DNA of 64,000 bases from Flavobacterium sp. Its GTDB lineage: Bacteria; Bacteroidota; Bacteroidia; Flavobacteriales; Flavobacteriaceae. Shown here one piece after another: positions 6,511-16,332 of this stretch. The translations under genes and the position numbers were made by a program. The stretch lies in contig JADKHM010000019.1 in NCBI GenBank assembly GCA_016721735.1, positions 420,034 through 484,033 on the forward strand. The letters run 5' to 3'. The notes below the pieces were generated by a model. That model saw only the letters and a program-made list of their open reading frames with translations, had not been told where the DNA came from and searched no databases. Within the stretch, counting starts at the first letter, position 1, and each line of letters starts with the position of its first letter.

Positions 6511-9435
6511 CTATTTAACAATTATTTTCTTTACTTTTCCAAATTGACTATTTCCCAATCTAATCAGATAAACTCCAGCAGAAGCGTAGCTGAGGTCTAA
6601 ATCATATTTATATGTTCCATTTCTGCTTTCTATTTCATGATACACCAACCTTTGTCCAGTTATACTATAAACAGTAAAAGTAAGTGGCTCATTGTATTCA
6701 GATTGTACAAGCGAAATCTCAAACAAATTGTTTTTTTGATAACTTACATTCAATTGCGCATTGTTCAATAATATTTCCTCATTGCCTAAAGCAGGACTAA
6801 CAATGGTAACTTTGTAGTCTTCAGTTTCTCCGTATTGTGATTCCGCGCAGGAATCATCAGAAACTACTTCGTTCCAATTGGTCTTCGCTCTCATGAGATG
6901 TTCTCCCAACGTAGCAGGTAGTGGGATAGCCATAGTGGTTGTTTCTGTATAACTACCTGCACCTTGTCCAGAAGCTATTTCGTAGTTGTTTACCATCTTT
7001 TCGTCATTTGTAAACACAAAATCATCATTAAAATCAATCCACACCGAAACAAATTGACTTCCGTAATCAGTAGTCACTGTCAAATTATTTGTGGTCCCTT
7101 GCGTTAATTCTGTAGACAAATTAGTAAAATCACTATATCCACTTGCGCCGCAACCAGAAACATTATTAATTGTTCCCAATTGAAATAGCCTAAAGCCATC
7201 TCCAAAAGTACAATTCAAATTTGGCTGACAATTACTTTTCAATATGTTTACGGTTACACTGTCGTTTGAAGCATCGCTATCTTCATTTAAGCTTGTATAA
7301 CAAAGTAAGACATAGTTGCCAATTGCAGTAAAATCTCCCGTTTGATTAAAGGTATAATTCGCAGAAGTGTTTGGGTCTAATGTTCCGGGATAAATTTCCG
7401 TAACTATAGTACCATTAAGGTTATAAGAAATAGAAAAATTTGACTGCGATTCTCCCCCGTAATTATTTACAGTTACAGTTATACTTTCATTTCCAGTCAA
7501 ACCCGTACCAGAAATTGGAGCAACAACCGAACTTACACCAAGATCTTTCGGATAGAGATGAATTACATCTTTTGAAAATGAATCATTAGACGTATCTTCA
7601 TCTAAAGAAAGTCCAGTTAATGCTGTAATAACATAGGTTTGTCCGACTACAGATAGATTAGCTGTCGCGATAAATGTATACTGCGCATAGGCCCCAGATG
7701 CGACACTTCCTAGAAACAATTCAGTAATCAAGCTTCCTCCATCAATTTGATAGGAAATTGGAAAGTTAGTGACGGTATTTTGTCCGTAATTAAAGATTCT
7801 AACCGTAATAGATTCGCTATTAGACAAACTTCCATTAGATGGGTTGATTATATTCACAACCCCAATATCGTTGCTAAAATTAGGTGCGATTTTTAGAACA
7901 CCTACAACATCTTTCCGCCCTGAATTCATATATTCATTGATGAACCAAAATGACTTGTCGTCAGATGGGTCAATAGACATCTGGCTGTAGTCTCCATATC
8001 GAGTACCGGGGATGTTAGCGTTTCCTGTTGCAATTACATTTTCCGCTATGGTCATTGTTCCAATCGGATCATTAACATATCTTCCTGTGTAATAAGAGCT
8101 TACAACTTGATTGTTTGTGCCTCCCATTCCGGTATAACCCATTGCTATATTTCCTTGAACATCTATTCCCATACTGGCATTCCATGCATGCATTTGATTT
8201 GGTGCATTATACGTTCCCTCTTGATAAATTGACCATGGCAAACCATCACCCGCTTGACGTAGTTCATACCATCTTACCGCAGCTAGTTTATCTGAAGTCC
8301 CATCAGCGTCAACTACAAAATTCAATACTGCAGAATTGTGAGAAGGAAATTTTCGAAACTGAACCTGATTCATTATAATCGCTTGCAAAGCATCTATAGA
8401 AGCTCCTCCTGTCGGTTGCGCTAGGTTTACGAAACTACCGCCGTCAAAAACGGATGTAAAAGGTGTTGTAACCAAAGTTTGTCCCACAGTAATATTTGAA
8501 TTTGCTGGCACGTCCCAATTCACATTTATTGTCCACATTTTCAAATGATCTTGTGACACTCCTGCCCAAGCATCATCTTGTAAATAAACAACAGGCACAT
8601 TTCCCGGCGCTGGATAATTTGAACTTGTAACATTAAACGCTTGCGGACTATAAAAACCACTAGTAACTATTCCAGGTAACGGAAAGCCGATGATTTGTGC
8701 TGATGGATCCCCTAGAATCATTTTTGATCGTTCCAAAGCATAAACAACTTCCGCCGTGTCCGCTTGTCCAGAATCTTTATTAGCAGTCAGATAGTAGCCG
8801 TCACTCCAAATAGATAGTTTTTGATAGTCGGTATTCATTGGAAAATCATACACGTTCCACCCATCATTTAAAGGGTCTGAAGTTTGACTTACCGCAACTT
8901 GAACACTGCTACCCAAGAAAGTCATTACAAATCGTTGCGCTTCCATATCATAAGAACATGTTAGATCACAACATCCCGAAGAAGGAAAAATATTACTCGT
9001 GTCTAATTGTTCAGTTAGTGGATGACCCAGTTTATCAAAAATTCTAAACCCTGTATTAAAAACGATTACATAGTGATTTGGCCCTACTGCACCTGCTGGG
9101 TCCGTCGGCTGAGACGTAGATGCAGCGCCATCAAAAACGATAGAAGGAGCTCTTCCCATTACTTTATTAGCGGAACTATTTCTCCCAATCAAAGGGTCAT
9201 CTCCAACGGGCAAACCCTTTCCAAAAACAACTACGTTCGTTCTTGATTTTTCATCTTTTGCTTCTCCTAAATTTTCTTGCGCTGAAATCAAAGACATTCG
9301 TGACGCAAGACTAGGCACAACAGTCATTTTAGTAGCTCTTTTAATAAAAGTTGGACCTTTCTTTTCTTGTGCATAAACATTGATTTGAAACAGCTGAATC
9401 AACAAAATTAATAACATTGTTTTTTGAACTTTCAT
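6511..9435 (-). CDS. Large secreted T9SS cargo protein with repeated Ig/CARDB-like modules, a GEVED-like motif and a type A C-terminal sorting domain
   Basis: Signal peptide MKVQKTMLLILLIQLFQINVYAQ. Contains ...YGETEDYKVTIV... The C-terminal SAGVYLIRLGNSQFGKVKKIIVK is typical of a T9SS CTD. Confidence 0.7.
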   Translation of the reverse strand: MKVQKTMLLILLIQLFQINVYAQEKKGPTFIKRATKMTVVPSLASRMSLISAQENLGEAKDEKSRTNVVVFGKGLPVGDDPLIGRNSSANKVMGRAPSIVFDGAASTSQPTDPAGAVGPNHYVIVFNTGFRIFDKLGHPLTEQLDTSNIFPSSGCCDLTCSYDMEAQRFVMTFLGSSVQVAVSQTSDPLNDGWNVYDFPMNTDYQKLSIWSDGYYLTANKDSGQADTAEVVYALERSKMILGDPSAQIIGFPLPGIVTSGFYSPQAFNVTSSNYPAPGNVPVVYLQDDAWAGVSQDHLKMWTINVNWDVPANSNITVGQTLVTTPFTSVFDGGSFVNLAQPTGGASIDALQAIIMNQVQFRKFPSHNSAVLNFVVDADGTSDKLAAVRWYELRQAGDGLPWSIYQEGTYNAPNQMHAWNASMGIDVQGNIAMGYTGMGGTNNQVVSSYYTGRYVNDPIGTMTIAENVIATGNANIPGTRYGDYSQMSIDPSDDKSFWFINEYMNSGRKDVVGVLKIAPNFSNDIGVVNIINPSNGSLSNSESITVRIFNYGQNTVTNFPISYQIDGGSLITELFLGSVASGAYAQYTFIATANLSVVGQTYVITALTGLSLDEDTSNDSFSKDVIHLYPKDLGVSSVVAPISGTGLTGNESITVTVNNYGGESQSNFSISYNLNGTIVTEIYPGTLDPNTSANYTFNQTGDFTAIGNYVLLCYTSLNEDSDASNDSVTVNILKSNCQPNLNCTFGDGFRLFQLGTINNVSGCGASGYSDFTNLSTELTQGTTNNLTVTTDYGSQFVSVWIDFNDDFVFTNDEKMVNNYEIASGQGAGSYTETTTMAIPLPATLGEHLMRAKTNWNEVVSDDSCAESQYGETEDYKVTIVSPALGNEEILLNNAQLNVSYQKNNLFEISLVQSEYNEPLTFTVYSITGQRLVYHEIESRNGTYKYDLDLSYASAGVYLIRLGNSQFGKVKKIIVK

Positions 9436-9514
9436 AAGTGAATTTTTGTTGATAAGATATTAAAAAAATTAACGTTGGTCCTTGAAGAACTTTAGCGGTC
9501 TTTGCTAACCATTT

Positions 9515-9522
9515 CAAATATA
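9515..9522 (-). promoter_or_regulatory. Candidate -7 box TATATTTG (minus strand) for the T9SS cargo gene
   Basis: Reverse complement of caaatata. Exact TAnnTTTG match, 80 nt upstream of ATG 9435. Confidence 0.3.
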
Positions 9523-9592
9523 TACAATTCCTTCCAAAAAATAAACTTCAATAATCAAATTGAATAAATTAGAGAAGAAAAGGTGCAATAAC

Positions 9593-9628
9593 AAAAAAAC
9601 GCGTCCAAAAATTTGGACGCGTTTTTTT
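9593..9628 (-). terminator. Intrinsic terminator after sdhB
   Basis: Perfect 10-bp stem CGCGTCCAAA/TTTGGACGCG, flanked by A7 and T7 runs. Confidence 0.85.
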
Positions 9629-9647
9629 CTAAATTCTATATTTAAGG

Positions 9648-10409
9648 CTAAATGATACTTGCTTTCAAATATTCTCTATTCATACGAGCAATATTTTCCA
9701 ACGAAATTCCTTTCGGACATTCTACTTCGCAAGCCCCGGTATTGGTACAATTTCCGAATCCTTCTTCGTCCATTTGACGAACCATATTTAAAACGCGCTG
9801 AGAAGCTTCTACTTTTCCTTGTGGCAACAAAGCATATTGAGAAACTTTAGCTCCTACAAATAGCATGGCGGAACCATTCTTGCAAGTTGCAACACAGGCA
9901 CCGCAACCTATACATGCCGCGGCTTCAAAAGCCTTATCAGCATCCGCCTTTGGAATTGGTGTCGCATTGGCATCAATCGTATTACCAGAGGTGTTTACGG
10001 AAACAAATCCTCCAGCTTGTTGAATGCGGTCGAATGCGCTTCTATCCACTACCAAATCTTTTACAACGGGAAATGCTTTTGATCTCCATGGCTCAATATA
10101 GATTGTGTCTCCATCTTTAAACTTACGCATGTGCAACTGACAAGTAGTTGTCCCAGTGTCTGGTCCATGAGCTCGACCATTGATATAAAGTGAGCACATG
10201 CCGCAAATTCCCTCACGACAATCATGATCGAATGCAACAGGCTCTTTTTGATCATTAATTAATTGCTCGTTCAATTGATCTAGCATTTCTAAAAATGAAC
10301 TAGCGGTAGAAACATTATCTAATTGATACGTTTCCATGCTTCCTTTAGCTTGAGCGTTTTTTTGGCGCCAAATTTTAAGGGATATATTGATGTTTTTTGC
10401 TGTAGACAT
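9648..10409 (-). CDS. sdhB: Succinate dehydrogenase/fumarate reductase iron-sulfur subunit
   Basis: Cys clusters [20 protein letters not shown] and [12 protein letters not shown]. 253 aa. Confidence 0.95.
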   Translation of the reverse strand: MSTAKNINISLKIWRQKNAQAKGSMETYQLDNVSTASSFLEMLDQLNEQLINDQKEPVAFDHDCREGICGMCSLYINGRAHGPDTGTTTCQLHMRKFKDGDTIYIEPWRSKAFPVVKDLVVDRSAFDRIQQAGGFVSVNTSGNTIDANATPIPKADADKAFEAAACIGCGACVATCKNGSAMLFVGAKVSQYALLPQGKVEASQRVLNMVRQMDEEGFGNCTNTGACEVECPKGISLENIARMNREYLKASII

Positions 10410-10417
10410 ACTGTATC

Positions 10418-12427
10418 TTATTTATAATTTCTAGCTGCAATTTTGATAAACTCGTATTTCAATTCTTCTTTGTTTAGCTTTTCTTTGCTAATATCATCAC
10501 CTTGATATTCCCAGGCACCTACAAAAGAGAAGTTAGTATCATCGCGCAAAGTTTCACCTTCAGCATCTTGATATTCTTCACGGAAATGTCCTCCGCAGGA
10601 TTCGTTACGCTGCAAAGCATCCATTGCCATCAATTGACCTAGATCAATGAAATCTGCGACTCTAAGTGCTTTTTCCAACTCTGGATTTAACTCGTCGGCC
10701 GAGCCAGGGACTTTTACCTCTTTATAAAATTCTTCTTTCAAAGCTGCAATTTCTTCGATTGCTTGCTTCAATCCACTTTCGTTTCTCGCCATTCCAACTT
10801 TGTTCCACATAATCAAACCTAATCTTTTATGGAAATGATCAACAGATTTTGTCCCATTATTGTTGAGGAACTTTTCTATCGATGCTCGAACACTATTTTC
10901 TGCTTCGACAAATTCAGGGCTTTCTGTAGAAATTTTCCCTGTACGAATTTCATCCGCCAAATAATTAGATACCGTATAAGGCAATACAAAATAACCATCT
11001 GCCAAACCTTGCATCAACGCAGATGCTCCCAAACGATTTGCTCCGTGGTCAGAGAAATTCGCTTCTCCGGCAACGAAGCATCCTGGAATTGTAGATTGTA
11101 GATTATAATCAACCCAAACGCCTCCCATAGTGTAATGCACTGCTGGATAAATTTTCATTGGCGTTTCATATGGGTTTTCGTCTGTAATTTTTTGATACAT
11201 GGTAAATAAGTTACCATACTTTTCTTCCAACCATTGCTTTCCTAGAGCTGTAATTTCTTCGGAAGACGGATTGTGATTTCCTTTGGCATAAGCCGCTTGC
11301 TTTCCTTTACTCTGAATTTCAGTTGAGAAATCTAGATAAACACCCTCATTCGTTGCGTTGGCTTCAATACCGTGACCTTCATCACAACGCTCTTTTGCAG
11401 CTCTAGAGGCCACATCTCTTGGTACTAAATTACCAAAAGCAGGATACCTTCTCTCTAAGAAATAATCTCTATCGTCCTCTGCAATTTGCGTAGGTTTCAA
11501 TTGACCTGCTCTAATCGCTTCAGCATCTTCTTTTTTCTTCGGCACCCAGATTCTTCCAGAGTTTCTCAAAGATTCTGACATCAACGTTAATTTTGATTGA
11601 TTGACACCATGAACAGGAATACAAGTTGGATGAATTTGTACAAAACACGGATTTGCGAACAAAGCTCCTTTTTTATGCACTTTCCAACCAGCCGTTACGT
11701 TGCTTCCCATTGCATTAGTAGAAAGGAAATAAACATTTCCATAACCTCCTGAAGCGATTACAACGGCATGTGCCGAATGTCTTTCTAATTCACCTGTTAC
11801 TAAATTACGAGCGATAATTCCACGTGCCTTTCCGTCAACTTTAACTAAATCAAGCATTTCATGACGGTTAAACATTTGAACGCGACCTAAACCTATTTGT
11901 CGTGATATTGCAGAATAAGCCCCTAACAAAAGCTGCTGTCCTGTTTGACCTGCTGCATAAAAGGTTCTTTGTACTTGTGTTCCTCCAAAAGAACGATTGT
12001 CTAATAAACCTCCGTATTCACGAGCAAATGGAACTCCTTGAGCCACACATTGGTCTATGATATTTCCTGACACTTCCGCCAATCGGTGAACGTTTGCTTC
12101 ACGCGCTCTGTAATCTCCACCTTTTATCGTATCGTAGAACAATCGGTAAATACTATCGCCGTCGTTTTGATAATTCTTGGCTGCATTGATTCCGCCTTGA
12201 GCTGCAATCGAGTGTGCTCTTCTAGGTGAATCTTGATAGCAAAAAGCTTTGACATTATAGCCCATTTCAGCAAAAGATGCCGCTGCGGACGCTCCAGCCA
12301 AACCAGTTCCAACAACAATAATGTCGATTTTTGGTCTGTTATTCGGAGCAACTAATTTTAAATGATTTTTGTGATTGGTCCATTTGTCTGAAATGAAACC
12401 TTCAGGTATTTTTGAATCTAATGCCAT
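10418..12427 (-). CDS. sdhA: Succinate dehydrogenase/fumarate reductase flavoprotein subunit
   Basis: FAD fold with [24 protein letters not shown] and [10 protein letters not shown]. 669 aa. Confidence 0.95.
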   Translation of the reverse strand: MALDSKIPEGFISDKWTNHKNHLKLVAPNNRPKIDIIVVGTGLAGASAAASFAEMGYNVKAFCYQDSPRRAHSIAAQGGINAAKNYQNDGDSIYRLFYDTIKGGDYRAREANVHRLAEVSGNIIDQCVAQGVPFAREYGGLLDNRSFGGTQVQRTFYAAGQTGQQLLLGAYSAISRQIGLGRVQMFNRHEMLDLVKVDGKARGIIARNLVTGELERHSAHAVVIASGGYGNVYFLSTNAMGSNVTAGWKVHKKGALFANPCFVQIHPTCIPVHGVNQSKLTLMSESLRNSGRIWVPKKKEDAEAIRAGQLKPTQIAEDDRDYFLERRYPAFGNLVPRDVASRAAKERCDEGHGIEANATNEGVYLDFSTEIQSKGKQAAYAKGNHNPSSEEITALGKQWLEEKYGNLFTMYQKITDENPYETPMKIYPAVHYTMGGVWVDYNLQSTIPGCFVAGEANFSDHGANRLGASALMQGLADGYFVLPYTVSNYLADEIRTGKISTESPEFVEAENSVRASIEKFLNNNGTKSVDHFHKRLGLIMWNKVGMARNESGLKQAIEEIAALKEEFYKEVKVPGSADELNPELEKALRVADFIDLGQLMAMDALQRNESCGGHFREEYQDAEGETLRDDTNFSFVGAWEYQGDDISKEKLNKEELKYEFIKIAARNYK

Positions 12428-12431
12428 ATTG

Positions 12432-13268
12432 TTAAGCTTTTAGAAAAAAATGAATGTAAATTGGAATAATTGCAAACAACAAAGGAACCACTATAGCGAA
12501 ACCTTTTCCGAATGCCTTGATAATTGGGGTATATTTTGGATTGTTAAGTCCCATTGATTGGAAGGCACTGCTAAAACCATGTAGTAAATGAAATGACAAC
12601 ACAATCATCGACAAAACATACAATAGCGTATATAACAAACCATATTGCGGCTGTTTAAAGAACTCAATGGTAATTTTGTACAAATCTTTGTATCCTTCTT
12701 TAATTTTTACATTGGCGCCAGCATCATAAAAATCTGTACGATCTTTAATCACGATCATTTTTTGATCAATCTGTGCTTTGGGCAAATAACTTCCGTCAGT
12801 AGTCAAATAGAATTCTTGCGATTGACCTTGTGCGGTAATAATCATGGTTTGCAACGGCATTTTTTCATCAAAATGCATTCTAGCCCAGAAACTAACCATG
12901 TGCGTTACGATAAAAACTAAGATAATAGTTCCCAAAACCGCCATGTTTCTTGATGCCCATGGACTGTTAGCAGCTGCATTGTTTTTTGCATAACCAATAG
13001 GTCTAGCCGCTTTGTTTTGAAAAGCCAACATAATTCCATCGATTGCATGAAAAAGAATGGAGATGTAAGTTAGATAAGAAAGAATTTTGACTGCTGGATT
13101 AGAGGTCATAAATAATGCGTATTTATTAAAATTCAACGCATTGTTAGGAACCAATAATTGAAGATTTCCTGCTAAGTGACCGCTCAAAAACAAGCATAAA
13201 AATAAACCTGTTAGAGCCATCCAGTACTTCTTTGCCAGCGACGACTTCATTAATGCAGATTTTGCCAT
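12432..13268 (-). CDS. sdhC: Succinate dehydrogenase cytochrome b subunit (b558 family)
   Basis: Polytopic membrane protein immediately upstream of sdhA. I moved the start to ATG 13268 ([10 protein letters not shown]...), 31 nt downstream of a -7 box; the track's 13319 start looks like an over-extension. Confidence 0.85.
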   Translation of the reverse strand: MAKSALMKSSLAKKYWMALTGLFLCLFLSGHLAGNLQLLVPNNALNFNKYALFMTSNPAVKILSYLTYISILFHAIDGIMLAFQNKAARPIGYAKNNAAANSPWASRNMAVLGTIILVFIVTHMVSFWARMHFDEKMPLQTMIITAQGQSQEFYLTTDGSYLPKAQIDQKMIVIKDRTDFYDAGANVKIKEGYKDLYKITIEFFKQPQYGLLYTLLYVLSMIVLSFHLLHGFSSAFQSMGLNNPKYTPIIKAFGKGFAIVVPLLFAIIPIYIHFFLKA

Positions 13269-13298
13269 AAGTATGTGTAATTTATTATAAAAAGCACA

Positions 13299-13306
13299 CA
13301 AAAATA
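13299..13306 (-). promoter_or_regulatory. Candidate -7 box TATTTTTG for sdhCAB
   Basis: Reverse complement of caaaaata. Matches TAnnTTTG. Confidence 0.4.
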
Positions 13307-13531
13307 AGGCTAATTGCATTTAACTACAACCTTTTCGATGTAATTTATAATGATTTTAAAATGTTTATCTGAAATCAACTTGAATTCTTGTCAACATTAG
13401 GATTTATGGGCACTCTAATGATTTCCACTTAAACACATTTTTGACCTAAGTTACTTAAATCCGCCAAAACTGTCTTGTGATTAATTCAAGGACATTTCAA
13501 TTCTCTTACTTTTGTCGAAACTTTATGCTTT

Positions 13532-14122
13532 ATGCAATCAAAAAAGCTTCAGAGCGACTTTTCAAATTATGTACAATCTATCACAGTAAGTGCAATAGAC
13601 GTTGAAGCGCGGAAACAATTTGAATCAAGCTTTGCATTACTTGAACTGAAGAAGAATCAATTTCTGGTCAAAGAAGGTCAAATCTGTCCGTATTTCTGCT
13701 ATTTAGAAAGTGGCATTCTGCAGCATAGTATCAACGTTGACGAGCAAGAGAAGACAACCTACTTAGCTTTGAGAAACACTTTTACCTCTTCTTTATTTAG
13801 TTTCCTATTTCAAACTCCATCTAGAAAAAGCATAAAGGCTATTTTCGATTGTAAATTGTGGGTTTTAGATTTGAAAACTTTTCAAGAACTAAAAGAAAAA
13901 AACGAGGTGTTTCGACAATTCTACTACAACTTAATAGAAAAGCAAATTTGTCTTATTGATGATTACCGGATTGATTTGCTTACACTAACTCCCGAAGAAC
14001 GTTATAACAAACTCATTTTGACAGAACCTCACTTAATCAAACAAGTGCCTTTGCACTATTTGGCCTCTTTCTTAGGGATTTCTTCCAGGCATATGAGCCG
14101 CATTCGAAAGAACATAAATTAA
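13532..14122 (+). CDS. Crp/Fnr-family transcriptional regulator (cNMP-binding domain plus C-terminal HTH)
   Basis: 196 aa with the typical size and layout. C-terminal HTH: LASFLGISSRHMSRIRKN. Confidence 0.8.
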   Translation: MQSKKLQSDFSNYVQSITVSAIDVEARKQFESSFALLELKKNQFLVKEGQICPYFCYLESGILQHSINVDEQEKTTYLALRNTFTSSLFSFLFQTPSRKSIKAIFDCKLWVLDLKTFQELKEKNEVFRQFYYNLIEKQICLIDDYRIDLLTLTPEERYNKLILTEPHLIKQVPLHYLASFLGISSRHMSRIRKNIN

Positions 14123-14193
14123 TGCCATTTGGCTGGTCGATAAGAAAATACTTTCCTTAATTTTGAACCTTATTCAACCGCAAACCTAATATT

Positions 14194-15486
14194 ATGAAAT
14201 ACCATCAAATTGATCGCAACTTATTTATAAAAAACCGTGCAAAATTTATTGCACAAATGAAACCGAATAGTGTAGCGGTTTTTAACTCGAATGACATTTA
14301 CCCGGTTTCTGCTGATAGTACCTTGCCATTCGCGCAACACCGTGACATCTTTTACTTATCTGGCGTAGATCAGGAAGAAAGCGTTTTATTGCTTTTCCCA
14401 GACGCACCTTATGAGCATCAACGTGAAATGTTGTTCCTTAAAGAAACGAGCGAGCATATTGCTATTTGGGAAGGTGAAAAATTAACGAAAGAACGTGCTT
14501 TTGAAGTGTCGGGCATTAGAACCGTTTATTGGTTACAAGATTTCCATAAGATATTGAATGAGATGATGACTTATTCTGACACGATGTATATCAACACCAA
14601 CGAGCATTATCGTGCCGCCGTTGAGACCGAAACCAGAGAGGATCGTTTTGTGAAATGGTGGAAATCAAAATATCCGGCGCATCAAGTCGCGAAAAGCAAC
14701 CCCATATTGCAACGTTTGCGTTCCGTAAAAGAAAGTGAGGAATTAGATTTGATTCAACAAGCCTGTAACATTACAGAATTAGGTTTCCGTCGATTATTGC
14801 CATTCGTAAAACCAAATGTTACGGAATATGAAATTGAAGCGGAGTTGATCCATGAGTTTGTTCGAAATCGGTCAAAAGGTTTTGCATACACGCCAATTAT
14901 CGCTTCTGGCGACAACGCGAATGTGCTTCACTATATTGAAAACAATCAGCAATGTAAAGCAGGCGATTTAATATTGCTTGACGTTGCCGCAGAATACGCC
15001 AACTACTCAAGCGATTTATCCCGAACGATTCCTGTTTCTGGGAAATATACGGCACGTCAAAAAGCAGTTTATAATGCGGTGCTTCGTGTTAAGAATGAAG
15101 CAACAAAAATGCTGACGCCTGGAACACTTTGGAAACAATATCATTTGGAAGTCGGGAAATTAATGACGTCCGAATTACTTGAACTTGGCTTAATTGATAA
15201 AGCAGACGTACAAAATGAAAATCCAGATTGGCCAGCATACAAAAAATATTTTATGCATGGAACATCCCATCATTTGGGTTTAGATACTCATGATTACGGC
15301 TTATTGCATGAACCAATGAAAGCCAATATGGTGTTTACCGTTGAGCCCGGAATTTATATTCCGGCAGAAGGATTCGGAATCCGCTTAGAAGACAATGTTG
15401 TTGTTCAAGAAAAAGGAGAACCATTGAATTTGATGAAAAACATCCCAATAGAAGTAGAAGAAATAGAAAACTTGATGAATTCGTAA
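14194..15486 (+). CDS. pepP: Xaa-Pro aminopeptidase (M24B family)
   Basis: Metal-ligand contexts LLDVAAEY..SDLSRT, HGTSHHLGLDTHD and FTVEPGIY..GIRLED. Confidence 0.9.
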   Translation: MKYHQIDRNLFIKNRAKFIAQMKPNSVAVFNSNDIYPVSADSTLPFAQHRDIFYLSGVDQEESVLLLFPDAPYEHQREMLFLKETSEHIAIWEGEKLTKERAFEVSGIRTVYWLQDFHKILNEMMTYSDTMYINTNEHYRAAVETETREDRFVKWWKSKYPAHQVAKSNPILQRLRSVKESEELDLIQQACNITELGFRRLLPFVKPNVTEYEIEAELIHEFVRNRSKGFAYTPIIASGDNANVLHYIENNQQCKAGDLILLDVAAEYANYSSDLSRTIPVSGKYTARQKAVYNAVLRVKNEATKMLTPGTLWKQYHLEVGKLMTSELLELGLIDKADVQNENPDWPAYKKYFMHGTSHHLGLDTHDYGLLHEPMKANMVFTVEPGIYIPAEGFGIRLEDNVVVQEKGEPLNLMKNIPIEVEEIENLMNS

Positions 15487-15543
15487 TAGAAATTATCAAT
15501 TTTAAAAAAAGGTCATTGACTTGTTTCAAATAAAAATTAATTA

Positions 15544-16326
15544 TTGAAAGTACTATTCTATAAAAACACAGCGGTCACTTATGCTGACAACGGCAAAGGA
15601 GCCGCTGTTGTTTTGTTGCATGGCTTTTTGGAAAACCAGTCGATGTGGAATGACTTTATTCCTGAATTGTCCAAAAGAAATCGTGTTATTACCATTGATC
15701 TATTAGGTCATGGCGCAACGGAATGTCTCGGATATGTTCATTCTATGGAAGACCAAGCCGACATGGTTCATCATGTTTTGATGGATTTAAATATTAGAAA
15801 AGCCATTTTAATTGGACATTCCATGGGCGGCTATGTGGCTTTGGCTTTTGCGGAATTATTTCCAGAGTACATGAAAGGATTGGTATTAATGAATTCTACT
15901 GCAAGAGCTGATAGTGCGGAACGAAAAGCAAATCGAGATCGTGCTATCAAAGCGGTAAAAAAAGACTATACGGCTTTCGTTCGGCTTTCGATTGCCAATT
16001 TGTTTAGTGAGGACAATCGAAATAATATGACTGATGAAATTGATCGCGTTAAACTTGAAGCACTGCAAACGCCTTTGCAAGGAATAATAGCGGCGTTGGA
16101 GGGCATGAAAATCAGAAAAGACCGAGAGATGCTCTTGCATCAGACAAACTTTCCAAAAATGCTTATTCTAGGCGAAAAAGACGGCGTATTGCAATACGCA
16201 GAAAATGCAACTCAAATTGACGGGACCAATGTGCAACTGATTACTTTTCCGGATGGACATATGAGTCACATCGAAAACGAAGTAGAAGTCTTGAAAGTTA
16301 TTGCCGATTTTATTAAGAAAATATGA
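15544..16326 (+). CDS. Alpha/beta hydrolase
   Basis: HGF oxyanion motif, GHSMGG nucleophile elbow, C-terminal His (DGHMSH). TTG start from the track. Confidence 0.8.
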   Translation: MKVLFYKNTAVTYADNGKGAAVVLLHGFLENQSMWNDFIPELSKRNRVITIDLLGHGATECLGYVHSMEDQADMVHHVLMDLNIRKAILIGHSMGGYVALAFAELFPEYMKGLVLMNSTARADSAERKANRDRAIKAVKKDYTAFVRLSIANLFSEDNRNNMTDEIDRVKLEALQTPLQGIIAALEGMKIRKDREMLLHQTNFPKMLILGEKDGVLQYAENATQIDGTNVQLITFPDGHMSHIENEVEVLKVIADFIKKI

Positions 16327-16332
16327 TTTTTG

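Noticed and set aside
12432-13319. N-terminally extended starts given by the ORF track for sdhC (13319), purN (30277), patatin (49342), the PorZ-like gene (60902), CYTH (36095) and the OMP gene (62525)
   Set aside because: Each extension precedes a typical start (signal peptide or conserved N-terminus) and often overlaps the candidate -7 promoter box or the neighbouring gene. I chose internal ATG starts instead.
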